A stretch of DNA of 64,000 bases from the human T2T-CHM13v2.0 reference genome, Homo sapiens. The position numbers and the translations under genes were made by a program. Each line of letters opens with the position of its first letter. The stretch's first letter is position 1. Where the stretch lies: the NCBI RefSeq assembly GCF_009914755.1, contig NC_060931.1. One strand, 5' to 3'. Positions 22,901 through 46,580 of the stretch are shown in pieces. A model generated the notes under the pieces. It had not been told where the DNA came from. It saw only the letters and a list, made by a program, of their open reading frames with translations, and ran no database searches.

Positions 22901-23379
22901 TTTTTTTTTTTTTTAATTGTCTTCCCTTCCATTCCCTTCCCCTTCCCCTTCCTCTCCCCCTTCCCCTCCCCTCCCCTTCCCTTCTCTTCTCTTTTTTCCT
23001 TCTTCACAGATTGTTGCCCAGGCTGGTGAGCAGTGGCGTGATCTTGGCTCACTGCAACCTTGGCCTCCAAGGTTCAAGTGATTATCCTGCCTCAGCCTCC
23101 CAAGCAGCTGGGATTACAAGCGCACACCACCATGCCTGGCTAATTTTTTTTTTTTTTCATTTTTAGTAGAGGCAGGGTTTCATGATGTTGGTCAGGATAA
23201 TCTCAAACTCCTGACCTCTGCTGATCTGCCCACATCGGCCTCCCAAAGTGCTGGGATTATAGGCATGAGCCACCACACCTGGCCTAGTAACTTTTAAGAT
23301 TTCCATCCTGAGGTTGGGCGCAGTAGCTCAGGCCTGTAGTCCCAGCACTCCAGGAGGCCGAGGCAGGCTGATCACTTCA

Positions 23380-23759
<380 letters not shown>

Positions 23760-24519
23760 TTACTTGGGAGAATTGCTTGAGCCCAGGAGTTTGAGGCTAC
23801 AGTGAGCTATGATTGCACCACTGCACTCCAGCCTGGGTGACAGAGTGAGACCCTATCTCAAAAAAAGAAAAAAAAAGAAAAAAAATTCCTCTTTATCCTT
23901 GATTTTAAGTGGTTTAATAATGATAGAACCCTATATAGACATATTAATTTATGCTGTTTGTTCTTAGAGTATGTTTTTGATTTGAGGACTTGTATGACTC
24001 TTTAGTTCTTTTTTCTTTCTTTTCCTTTTTTTTTTTTTTTTTTTTTTGAGATGGAGTCTTGCTCTGTCATCCAGTCTGGAGTGCAGTGGCACAATATTGG
24101 CTCACTGCAACCTCTGCCTCCCGGGTTCAAGTGATTCTCCTGCCTTAGCCTCCTGAGTAGGTGGGACTACAGGTGCACGCCACCACGCCAGGCTAATTTT
24201 TGTATTTTTAGTAGAGACGAGGTTTCACCATATTGGCCAGGCTGGTCTGGAACTCCTGACCTCAGTTGATCCACTTGCTTCAGCCTCCCAAAGTGCTGGG
24301 TTTATAGGCATGAGCCAAAACGCCCAGCCTAGTTTTTGAAAATTCTCATTGATTGTCCATCATATATTGCTTCTCTGTGATTTTCTGCTGTTTTTCTAAA
24401 ACTTCCATTAGCCCTATGTTGCAGTCCCTCCATCTTTCTCCCATTTCTCATAATTGCTCTTTTGTGAATTTCATCTTTGGCTCCTAGTGCTCTTGTGTTG
24501 GTCTGGACCCTTCTAGTAA

Positions 24520-24921
<402 letters not shown>

Positions 24922-26723
24922 TAGCTCACTGCAACCCCCAACTCCTGACTTCAAGAGATCATTTCTCCTCAGTCTTCAGAGTAGCTGGGACCACAGGTGT
25001 GTGCTACCATGCCTGGCTAAGGTTTCTGTCAAAAGTGACATTGAGATCTGAAGGGTGGTGAAATGTCATTTAGGAACAGGGGAAGTTAGGGCTGGGGGAG
25101 TCCTCCAGGCAATAGAAACAGGATTTATGAAGATGAGATGGTGCCTGACACAAAGGGCTTGGATGGGTGCAGATTGGAAGCCACCAGAAGGCTCTAGCCC
25201 AAGAGAAGACTGGATACATTGGCAGATTCTTCTGGCTGCCTTGTGGAGTAGAGGACAGGAGAAGGTCAAGGGCAGGGGTGGGGAATCCAGCCTGGAAGTG
25301 ACTGCAGCCTAGCTGAGAGAGCCGTGGTGGCCAGGACCAGTGAGGCAGCAGCGTGGATGGAGAGAGAGGAGGGATGCAGAGATGTTTAGGACATGAGCTG
25401 GCCGGTGATGGATAGCATGGGGTAGGCTGGTGGTGGTGAGGGGGTCCAGGGTCCAGCTGCCACTAGGAGGGTGGGTAGGTTTGGGGACAACCCCTTGTCT
25501 TTCTGATCCTAGTTCAGGTGAGATCCCCCTGCACAAATTTCACCTGCTGTTTTTTTTTTCCTGAGCCATTTCAGACTGCCTCCTGGGGATGAGGTCTGCA
25601 TGATTTTATTTCTTTATTTATTTATTTATTTAGACAGAGTCTTGCTCTGTTACCCAGGCTGCAGTGCAGTGGTGTGATCTCGGCTCACTGCAACCTCCGC
25701 CTCCTGGGTTCAAGCGATCCTCCTGATTCAGCCTCCTGAGTAGCTGGGATTACAGGCATGCGCCACCACATCTGGTTAATTTTTGTATTTTTAGTAGAGA
25801 CAGGGTTTCACCATGTTGGCCAGGCTGGTCTTGAACTCCTGGCCTCAAGTGATCCACCTGCCTTGGCCTCCTAAAGTGCTGGGATTATAGGCATGAGCCT
25901 CTGTCTACGGAATCTTGTAGCCTACAAAATCTTCTGGCCTCTGTCTGCAGAATCTTGTCTGTACCCCGTGCTAGCCTCTCCTCTGACCCACTGGGAGTGT
26001 TAAGTCCATTCTTCTGGACTTTTGCTCCAGCTGTGATGAACACTATGCTTCTACCTCAGTCCTGAGCCTGGACCCAGCTGTGCAAGCCTGGCCAGACCCC
26101 TCTCCCAGGGCTGAACACCAATTTCAAGTCTTCAGGTCCTACTGCAATCTAAACAGGCTATCCAGAAGAGAATCCTGCACCAGTCCAAGTGTGAGCAGGC
26201 CTGGAGACTCTGCTGCTGAACTGCACCCCCTGATGGCCAGCCTGGATGTCACTTCTATCCTGCTTGAGCCAGGCTCCCCGGATCCCTGGACCACCTCCAC
26301 TCCAGACCAGACAATGGGGAAGCTGCTGGTCCCACACCATTTCTGAGTTTTCTCCTCTATCCTTCTGCTTAAAGTTCCCTCCAAGGACTTAAGTGCAAGT
26401 CATCCCAGAAACCCAGGTAGGGGAGTAGAGAGGCCAGATATGGACAGGAAGGCTGCCAAGAAAGGGGTGTTAGTCAGGCACAATGGCTCAGGTCTGTAAG
26501 CCCAGAACTTTGGGAGGCTGAGGCCGGAAGATTGCTTGAACCTAGGAGGACTGCTTGAGACCAGCCTGGGCAACACGGCGAAACCCTATCTCTACAAAAA
26601 AACAAAAAAACAAAAAAACCCCACAAAAATTAGCTGGACGTGGTGGTGTGCACCTGTAGTCCCAGCAGAGGGACTCTTGAGGCAGAGGTTGTAGTAAGCC
26701 CAGATCGCACCATTGCACTCCAG

Positions 26724-26726
<3 letters not shown>

Positions 26727-26794
<68 letters not shown>

Positions 26795-26808
26795 GAGAGA
26801 GAGAGAAA
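26727..26808. repeat. (GA)n microsatellite
   Basis: Direct reading. Confidence 0.92.
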
Positions 26809-27887
26809 GGAAATGGCCAGGCGCAGTGGCTCATGCCTGTAATCCCAGCACTTTGGGAAGCTGAGGTGGGCAGATCACTTGAGGTCAGGAGTTCAAAACC
26901 AGCCTGGCCAACATGGGGAAACTCCCTCTCTACTAAAAACATAAAATTAGCCATGTGTGGTGGCACATGCCTGTAATCCCAGGAGGGTGAGGCAGGAGAA
27001 TTGCTTGAATCTGGGAGGCGGAGGTTGCAGTGAGCTGAGATCACACCACTGCACTCCAGCTTGGGCGACAAGAGCAAAACTCCATCTAAAAAAACACCAA
27101 AAGAATGAAAAAAGAAATGAGTGCTATCAAGGAAGTTACCAGTTACCAGTGTGGGCAATTGAGCTTAAACCTGGTGGGGACCTCTGGGAGGCAGTACAGA
27201 ATGTGGAAACCCATGGTTGTCCCACCTGTGTGGGGTCATGTGGCTAAGCTGTTTACACACCCATTTTCATCAGTCACTGGCTAAGAGCAGCCCCTGGGGG
27301 AGGGGCCTTCATGCATTTGCTTCTGCTCTGCCCTGGCAGGCTCAGAGGCTCAGGCAAGAGCTACAGATGCTCATGACCGAATGTCTCACCTGGGCCAGGA
27401 ATGGCAGCAGCAAGCACCCTCTCAGCCTAGCCCAGAAGCCAGAGTTCCTATTTCATCAGTTGCAAAGCAGAGACAATGCCATCTGCCCGATAGCAGAGCA
27501 AAAGGCAGGTGGGAGCAGGGTCCTCTGAGAGCTGGGGAGGGGCTGGAGTGGCCCTCAGTGCTGTGCACATGTGCCCTAGATACATGGGAATTGGACCTGG
27601 ATCCCCCCTTTCCCCAAGCTCTGGCCACCGGCTCCTCCTGATGTGATGTTCTTGTTCTAAAAACAGATATGTCACACCTCAAGCAGATTTGCAGTCCCTT
27701 GACAGCAGCCTCATCTGGCACATAAAGGACCTCTGCCTCTCTGCATGGCTTCCCAGGGCCCCGGAGAACAGTGAGGCTGCCTTGGCCTCCACCTGCTGCT
27801 CCAGAGGGCAGCACAGCCCCGGACTCCATCTCCCCAGCCCCTGTGGGAAGGGGGACGTTCCTGGAGTGGGAGCCCATTTGGTCTTAG

Positions 27888-28208
<321 letters not shown>

Positions 28209-29442
28209 TGATCTGCCTGTCTTGGCCTCCCAAAGTGTTGAGGTTACAGGCATGAGCCACTGCACTGGGCTACCACCCAGCCACTTGGTTCCTCTGGGTG
28301 ACAAGATTCAACATGTCCCTGAGGCTAGGGAATTTCTGTCCAGAGCAGGGTGGCCCCATCAGAGCCTCCTACTTCAGGAATCCTGAGGCCCATGGAGCCT
28401 GGATACCCTCTCTACTCTTCTCCCAGAAGGTATTTGCCCCAGGCACTTTGCAGACCAACCAGGAAGCATGGCAGAAGGCCAGGAATGGCTGGGGGCTGGT
28501 GGGAAGGATCAGGCCCGGCCCAGGCATTGCTGCTCTAGGGTCTCAAGGGTTCCCTGTCACTTTGGCCATTCTTCTGTTGCTAGTGTTCCTGGGCCCCTGG
28601 CAGCTGGGATCATTGAGGCCTCCCCACTGGGGGTGCTGGGGCCAGTCCTAGCCAGGGCAGAGAGTGGGTCAGCCGTCTCAGCTCCTTGAGTGGTTGGTGC
28701 TGGTACTGGTCTCATGGTTTTAGACCTGGCACCCAGTGGGTATGGGGAGCCCTGGGCACCTGTGGGCCTACTTATGGAAGTCATCCTCTTCCCTTATCAG
28801 GTACCGCCAACCCTGTGGTGCAGCTGCTGCCCCAGTTTCCCCTTGTGCTCCAGGTCCCCACTGTGGCAGTTGCTCTTCTCTGAGATCCAGCCAGTGTAGC
28901 TGAGTCCCTGGTGTCTTGCTAACTTCCTGCCAGCCCCTGAACCCAGAACTCTCTCTTTCCCTTGGCCACTGGCTAGGAGCCTCTACCACTGAAAAAACTC
29001 AGTTTCCTAGCCAGGTGCAGTGGCTCACGCCTGTAACCTCAGCACTTTGGGAGGCTGAGGCAGGAGGATCGCTTGAGAACAGGAGTTTGAGACCAGCCTG
29101 GGCAACATAGTGAGACTCCACCTCTAAAAAAAAAAAAAAAAAAAAAGCCAGGCATGGTGGTGCATGCCTGTAGTCCCAGCTCCTTGGGGGGATTACTTGA
29201 GCCTGGGAGGTTGAGGCTGCAGTGAGCTATGAGGCTTGCCACTGTACTCCAGCCTGGGAGACAGAGTATGACCCTGTCTCAGTAACCAAAACCAAAACCA
29301 ACCAACCAAACAAAAAAGGAAAAAACCCTCATTTTCCTTCTCTGTTAATATGGGTGATAATGCCCACCCTATAGAGTTGTTGGAAGGCATACTGATAGCA
29401 TTTTTACACATTTGACACTCCCTGGTAGATAGCAGGTGCTCA

Positions 29443-29742
<300 letters not shown>

Positions 29743-30149
29743 TCATTCCTGGTGTTAATAACAGACTTCCTTTTTTTTTTTTTTGAGACAGAATCTCCCT
29801 CTGTTGCCCAGGCTGGAGTGCAGAGACACGATCTTGGCTCACTGCAAGCTCCGCCTCCTGGGTTCACGCCATTCTCCTGCCTCAGCCTCCTGAATAACTG
29901 GGACTACAGGTGCCTGCCACCACGTCCAGCTAATTTTTTGTATTTTTAGTAGAGACAGGGTTTCACCATGTTAGCCAGGATGGTCTCGATCTCCTGACCT
30001 TGTGATCTGCCCGCCTCGGCCTCCCAGAGTGCTGGGATTATAGGTGTGAACCACCGCACCCAGCCAATAACAGACTTATCTTTTTGCCTCTCACCTGACT
30101 CTGAGAGACTTTTGCTGCCATGATCTCTACATCTGAACTCCTCCCGAGA

Positions 30150-32118
<1,969 letters not shown>

Positions 32119-32127
32119 AGGAGAGTG

Positions 32128-32350
32128 GAAATCAGCTGAATCCAGTTGAAACAGGAGTTAAACCAGTTGGAGCCAGCCAACATTGGATGACTTTGGCTGA
32201 AACCACCTGAAACTGGTTGAAAGGAGCCACAAACTGTTCACAACCAGCTGAAGCTGAATTAACCTGGCTGAAACTGGATGAAGTCATTTGAAACCAGCTG
32301 AAACTGGATCAAACCAGCTGGCAGTGGTTGAAACCAGATGAAATCATTTA
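32128..32350. repeat. Degenerate 10-bp tandem array, unit AAAC(CAG/TGG)NTG, about 22 units
   Basis: Register visible directly: aaaccagctg aaactggatc aaaccagctg gcagtggttg aaaccagatg. Confidence 0.8.
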
Positions 32351-33283
32351 AGTAGGGTTTGTCATATTATTTTGCTTCTTGATGAACTAGTCCTGGCTTT
32401 TTTTTTTTTTTTTTTTGACAGAGACTCTTGCTGTGTCGCCCAGGCTGGAGTGCAGTGGTGCGATTTCAGCTCACTGCAACCTTCTCCTCCCGGGTTAAAG
32501 TGATCTTCCTGCCTCAGCCTCCTGAGCAGCTGGGATTACAGGAGTGCACCACCACTCCCGACTAATTTTTGTATTTTCAGTACAGACGGGGGTTTCACCA
32601 TGCTGGCCAGGTTGGTCTCGAACTCCTGACCTCAGGTGATCCACCTGTCTTGGCCTCCCAAAGTGCTGGTATTACAGGCATGAGCCCTGGTGCCCAGCAG
32701 CATACACATTTAGTTTTATTCTAACAAGGTAGCTTGTACATTTTAAGATATAAAACTGAACATCTTTTTTCCTCTCTGGAGAAACATAAGGAAAACCAAG
32801 GAACTTTTTACAACAAACATTTTTAAACATTTACAAAAGTAGACAGAAGAGTACAGTGAACCCCCATGGACCCACTGCCCAGCTTAAATAGCAATCAGGA
32901 TTTTGCCAATGTGCTCCAAACTGTCCTCCCCTTCCCCTCTTTTTCTTGGCTGGGATGTTTTAAAGCAAATCCTAGATATGTCATAAAAAGAAAATGTAAA
33001 AATAAAACAGAACAAAAATTACAATGCAGAATACCATTTCCAAATAAGATCTGGCCAGGCATGGTGGCTCATGCCTGTAATCCCAGCACTTTGGGAGGCT
33101 AAGCAGGGGCAGATCACATGAGGTCAGGAGTTCAAGACCAGCCTGGCCAACATGGTGAAACCCTGTCTCTATTAAAAATACAAAAATTAGGCCGGGCGCA
33201 GTGGCTCACACCTGTAATCCCAGCACTTTGGGAGGCCGAGGCGGGTGGATCAAGAGGTCAGGAGATTGAGACCATCCTGGCTA

Positions 33284-33702
<419 letters not shown>

Positions 33703-33935
33703 TCATGCCTGTAATTGCAGCACTTTGGGAGGCTGAAGCGGGAGGAATGCTTGAGCCCAGGAGCTTGAGATCAGCCTGGGCAACGTAGCAAGATCCCCCA
33801 ACTCTACAAAAATATAGAAGCCAGGCGTGGTGGTACATGCCTGTGGTCCCAGCTACTTGGAAGGCTGAAGCAGGAGGATCATGTGAGCCCAGAAGCTTGA
33901 AACCAGCCTGGGCAGTATCAGAGACCCCATCTCTA

Positions 33936-34103
<168 letters not shown>

Positions 34104-34195
34104 CTAAGAAATAAATAAATAACAAAAACTAGGTGTAGTGTGTAGTGGGTCATGCCTATAATTCCAGCACTTTGGGAGGCTGAGGTGGGAGGCTA

Positions 34196-34471
<276 letters not shown>

Positions 34472-34521
34472 TTACGTTCTTCAGTTTCTCCATCAAGCAG
34501 CAGGGCCCCAGGTAGCATTAG

Positions 34522-34713
<192 letters not shown>

Positions 34714-35510
34714 TAATTATTATTTTAGTAGAGATGGGGTTTCACCGTGTTAGCCAGGATGGTCTCGATCTGCTGATCTTGATCTCGTGATCTGCCTACC
34801 TCAGCCTCCCAGAGTGCTGGGATTACAGGCGTCAGCCACCGCACCTGACCAGGAGTGGATTTTATATCTAAAGCTACAGTTTAAACCACAAGGGCATCTG
34901 CTAAATACCACCCAAGGAGAAGCTAAGTTGTCAAAATGCCCACTCAACCCTCCCAAACATCGCAAACCCACCCTTTTCTGATCTCTACTCCAACGTCTTT
35001 TGTTTTTGTTCTGTCTTACACCAGGAGAAGAGAGAGATTCGTGTTGACAAGTCCTTGTTGTCCAGACTCACACGGATACAGCTGTGGGGAAGGAAGGAAG
35101 GCTGCAATGCTGCTGTTTCCATGAACATGCCTGGCACCCTCCAGGTGTCAGCAGGGCCAGGGGAGTGGAGAACTGGTCTCCCTCTCCGCTCCTCTACAGA
35201 ACACAGTAGTGTGAGGATTCTGTACAGGTTTTGTTGGGAAAGAAAGGAGTAAAAAGGGACTTGGGACGGAAAATGTTTCCTCCTTTTCAAATAAATTGTG
35301 CATCAGGATGTAGAGAGAGTGGAAGAGGGAGTTCAGAGGCACCAGGTGACCAAACGTAAGAGAAAAGAACAGTCCAGGTGTGGTGGCTCACACCTGTAAT
35401 CCCAGCACTTTAGGAGGCTGAGGCGGGTGGTTCATCTGAGGTCAGGAGTTCAAGACCAGCTTGGTCAACATGGTGAAACCCCATCTCTACAAAAATACAG
35501 AAATTAGTCA

Positions 35511-35711
<201 letters not shown>

Positions 35712-35811
35712 TCATCAAGCTAAAAATCTAGGCTGGGCTGGGTGGCTCCAACCTGTAACCCCAGCACTTTGGGAGGCCGAGGTGGGCAGACTGTTTGAGC
35801 TTGGGAGTTCA

Positions 35812-36067
<256 letters not shown>

Positions 36068-36331
36068 TTACACTTGCAAAAAGATCAGTGTCATGAATAC
36101 TCAGTGTTGGCAGAGATTTGAAACAAAGTATTCTCTCATATGTGCTGGTGGGAATGCAAGGTGTACAAACACCAAGGAAACCCCAGCACCAGCAATGGAC
36201 TCAGCCACACCCCATGACCCAGCAGCTCCGCTCCTGGTGACTGTTCTAGAGAGGTGTGTGTGCAGGAACGTTCATCACAATGTTCACAGTGGTGCTGGAA
36301 GGACCCAAGTGTCCACCAGCAGGAGAAATGA

Positions 36332-36649
<318 letters not shown>

Positions 36650-36823
36650 TGAGTAGCTGGGAATACAGGTGCCCGCAACCATGCCTGGCTACTTTTTGTA
36701 TTTTTAGCAGAGATGGGGTGTTAGCCAGGATGGTCTCGATCTCCTGATCTCGTGATCCACCCTCCTTGGCCTCCCAAAGTGCTGGGATTACAGGCATGAG
36801 CCATGGCACCTGGCCCCATCTAA

Positions 36824-36985
<162 letters not shown>

Positions 36986-38059
36986 TGAATGTCATGAAAC
37001 TCTTTTATATTTAATTAAAAAAATTTTTTTGACACAAGGTCTTGCTGTGTTGCCCAGACTGGAGTGCGGTGTCACGATCACAGCTCACTGCAGCCCCTAA
37101 CTCCTAGGCTCAAGCAATCCTCCTGCCACCTCAGTCTCTCAAGTTGTTGGAACACAGGTGCCAGCCACGACACCTGGCTAATTTTGTTTTGTTTTGTTTT
37201 GTTTTGTTTTAGAGATGGGCTCTTGCTATGTTGCCTATACTGGTCTTGAACTGCTGGCCTCAGGCAGTCTTCCTCCCTTGGCCACCCAAAGAGATGGGAT
37301 TACAAGCATGAGCCACTGTGCACAGCTGAGATTTTTCGACTTAGTCTTTTTGTACACCCAGTATCTTATAGAATATCCATAATATAGATTCATAAATAAA
37401 CCATTTCCTTCAATGGTATAAATAAATAAACCACTGCTATAAATGGTGGAATTTTCTGAGTTAAGAGCAATACATATGATACAAAACTTGATATATAGAG
37501 TTTCTTAGCCAAACTGGAGGGGCTGGCTTTAGGTGATCCGTGGACTCCCTGAAATTGGGGACACCATTGGAAATATGTGTGAACTCATGGGCAGTTTCCT
37601 ATGATTTCCAGTCCTCAAAATATCTCTTGGACTCAAAGATGCCTTAGGGCAGAGGACGCGTGTACCCCCAGTACAGAATCTCGGACAGTGAATGTCAGTA
37701 GACACTCGGCAGAAAACCTCTGCCAAATTGAGTGCTCTGATGTGACTTTTTCATCAAGTCAATGTTCCTGGGATCTCTTGTACATGATAATCTCACTCTT
37801 GTAAGGTTTCATCGTTTCTGCTTACCCTACTTTTCTTTCCCATCCTGATCCCTCTCCCACCAGACTGGACTCTGAAACGGGCATGTACAGAGAAGAGGAG
37901 ACCCCAACACGCTTCAAGCTTTGAGTGGAGAGGACACAGCCTCTGCTGGGACAGGGAACAGAGGGATGCGGAGACCCTGAAGATGCTTTTGGACAGTGGT
38001 CTGAGGTTGGGACAGTGGCAGGAGATACCATTCACCCAGGATCTCCAGGACAAGAGATC

Positions 38060-38200
38060 AGCCTGGCAGTTACATGTGTTTTTTTTCAAACTGGTTGCCA
38101 GGTTGGCATGAGCGATGACATCAGAGATTCCGACCTTCCTGATTGGAGGGACCGGACTCTGTCGGCACCTGGGAGTTCAGTTGGACAACAGTAACTTCTC
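38060..38200 (+). promoter_or_regulatory. Candidate SPDYE proximal promoter (RFX half-site, CRE-like element, inverted CCAAT)
   Basis: GTTGCC 38094-38099, TGACATCA 38116-38123, CTGATTGG 38139-38146, about 170-220 bp upstream of the ATG. Motif evidence only. Confidence 0.35.
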
Positions 38201-38316
38201 AGAGCTGTTCTCCACTCCTGACTTCTCCCAGCCTCGAGAATTGATAACACACTCTTCTGGATCCCAGCAGTGTCCAGAAGAAGACCAAGGACAGAACAGA
38301 GACTAGGTTTGGTGAG

Positions 38317-44207
<5,891 letters not shown>

Positions 44208-45105
44208 AGCTCCAGGGACCGTGGAGGCCTGAGGTCATCGGCCTGAGAGAAGGTACATCTGCATCCTCCGGGGTAAAGGCAGAATATTGGGGTCTATTTC
44301 GGAAATCCAAGGAACCCAATTGCTTGATCTGGCTTCAAGCCTGGGCAACGTGGCGAGATCCCCTCTCCACAAAAATACAAAAATTAGCCAGGCGATGTGG
44401 GAGGCATCTCTACTCCCAACTACTCAGGAGGCTGAGGCGGGAGGATCGCTGGAGCCTGGGAGGTCGGTGCTGCAGGGAGCCCTGATCCTGCCACTGCACT
44501 CCAGCCCGGGCGACAGAGTGAGACCCTGCCTCAAAAATAATCATAAATACTGAGTTCGGGGAGGTTCATTATGATTGATGCACTTGAGTTACCGATTTGG
44601 GTCGAGGGTTCAGTGAAGCTTTGGTTTACATCTTGTGCAGCTAACCATGTTGAGCACAGAGCATGAGACTTCGTCATGAGGAGGGAGGATTATGGATTAG
44701 GCTTCTGGACTCGTGGTTCGTGATGCTGTCACGTTAGAAACAGATCTAGCACGGTTACAAGTTTAGATCTGAAGTGACACAAAAGGCCCCAGCTGTGATG
44801 AAGTCCAAAGCCACATTCTCTGAGGGTGCCCTACTCCCTGGGAAGACCCACCCAAAGTCCTGGCTATGAAGCAGATCACTGGGGCTGACCTTGGGTGTAT
44901 TAAGTTTTGGAGTCAGGGTCACCAAAGTGTGAGTTTCACAGTTGAACACGATGGTTCAGAAGCAGGGTATAGAATGAAAGGCAGGAGATAAAATTGCACT
45001 TCTCAATTGCTCTGAACTCTAGCTAGACTTGACATGGGACGTGAATAACCTTCCTGTCTAGAGAGCTGCCTCCTTGAAGTGTGACATTGTCTCTCTCACT
45101 TCCAG

Positions 45106-45210
45106 AACACCGGACCCAGGGGAGATGTGGATTTTCAGCAGGAACTTTATTCCAATGCTAATGGCAGACATCAGGAAGGAGGAGAGGAACCATTGGTGCA
45201 GATCATCTAG
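45106..45210 (+). CDS. SPDYE: SPDYE terminal exon; codes an alternative C-terminus NTGPRGDVDFQQELYSNANGRHQEGGEEPLVQII* when exon 6 is skipped
   Basis: Acceptor CTCTCTCACTTCCAG|; phase 0 matches the exon 5 donor; the peptide matches the C-terminus I recall for SPDYE1-type proteins. Confidence 0.75.
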   Translation, partial: NTGPRGDVDFQQELYSNANGRHQEGGEEPLVQII

Positions 45211-45299
45211 AAGAACCTGGACCATTCTTGACAGAGCTGAATACAGTGATCACGTTGTCCTCCAAGGAGCAGGGGTGGGGTGGGGTACTTCTAGGAGTC
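45125..45299 (-). other. Putative terminal exon of the PMS2P transcript, antisense to SPDYE (L-TPRSTPPHPCSLEDNVITVFSSVKNGPGSSR*)
   Basis: Acceptor TTCTTACTTTTCTCCAAG| at 45300, phase 2 fits the LTR exon, TGA at 45205-45203, - strand AATAAA at 45151-45146. The 3' end is approximate. Confidence 0.7.
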
Positions 45300-46580
45300 C
45301 TTGGAGAAAAGTAAGAAACCAGGAGTGTTTCCAGTTCCACCCTTTCCTGCGGCACCACCTCCCTTTTTATATTGCTGAATGCCAACCTCCCTGGGGCGGA
45401 ACCTGGAGGTCCTGTTTCTTATGGACTTGGTTGCCACAGTCCAGGAGCATTTGAAGGCACAGTGCAGGGGCTCAGATTGGCACAGAATTCTTTGTGAAAT
45501 ATGAGTGCCACAGACTGTAACAGATAGCTTCATGCACACTATGCATTTTATTGGTTTGTTTGGAAAATGTTGGCCATTGAATTATTAATAGGTTTATTTC
45601 AAATAGTTTGGAAATTGTTGTACTTTTGAAAACATGCTGTTCCTGTAGAGTTTTTTGATGAGAGTTATAGTTGTTATATATACCTAAAGATAATTTTCTT
45701 TTCATTTTTAAGTGAGAATTCTTTTTATCCTAAATCTTTTATTATCTTTAAATTTTTTTCTGTATTATTATATGTGCTCCTGAAGCGAGCACTCTTTTTA
45801 TCTATGATACTTCCATAATAATCTCTTCTATTTATAGCTATTGGTAGTTCCCCACCAGAAAAAAACATAATTCTGGTGATAGAAATTTTTATTTGCTGTT
45901 TAGGTTTGTGACTGACTTGTGAGAATTCAGTTGTGATTTTTAACATGTCTCAGATATATATACTAACACGTCTAATATATACTATCTATTTTATTGGTTT
46001 ATTTTGAAAAACATGGGTATAGAATTATTTAAATATTATTTTATTTACTGAAATATTTATTAAATATATTTATTTATTTAAATATTATTATTACTTTAAA
46101 TATTATTTTAAATATTTTGGAAATACTGGTATTTTTGAATAGATGCTGTTTCTATAAAGCTGTGTGATGGGTATTATAACTGTTGTATACACATACATAT
46201 AATTTTGTTTTCCTTTTTAAGAGAGGATTCTTTTCATCCTAAATCTTTTACCTTTCAATCTTTGTATCTATTATTACACGTGCTGCTGAAGGGAGCATGG
46301 TTTTTATCTATGATACTTAGTTAACATATATATTACATTTATAGCTATGTGGTAGTTCCCCTAAATTCTTGTAAAAATAAATTTTTATTTGATATTTAGT
46401 GTATGTTTGAAATGTGAGAATTCAGATGGAATTTTTTATCTTGTTTTGGCATGTTTGTATGTTACTTTAAAGAGGATGTGTGTTCTAAAGGAGGACATGA
46501 GCTGTGTGTTTTCAAGAGAACAGTGCAGTGCATCTCTTGGGGAAACATAATAAAGATGAACTTTTCTCACCTTCACAGTG
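45211..46580 (+). other. SPDYE 3' UTR, AT-rich, with poly(A) signals AATAAA at 46376-46381 and 46549-46554
   Basis: Non-Alu AT-rich tract after the terminal coding segment, many ATTTA and TTTTAT motifs, two hexamers. Confidence 0.6.

Noticed and set aside
32128-32350. CRISPR-like or coding reading of the periodic array
   Set aside because: No unique spacers, period of 10 is not codon-compatible, and the DNA is eukaryotic.
45211-46580. Pumilio element in the SPDYE UTR
   Set aside because: I found no exact TGTANATA match by eye.
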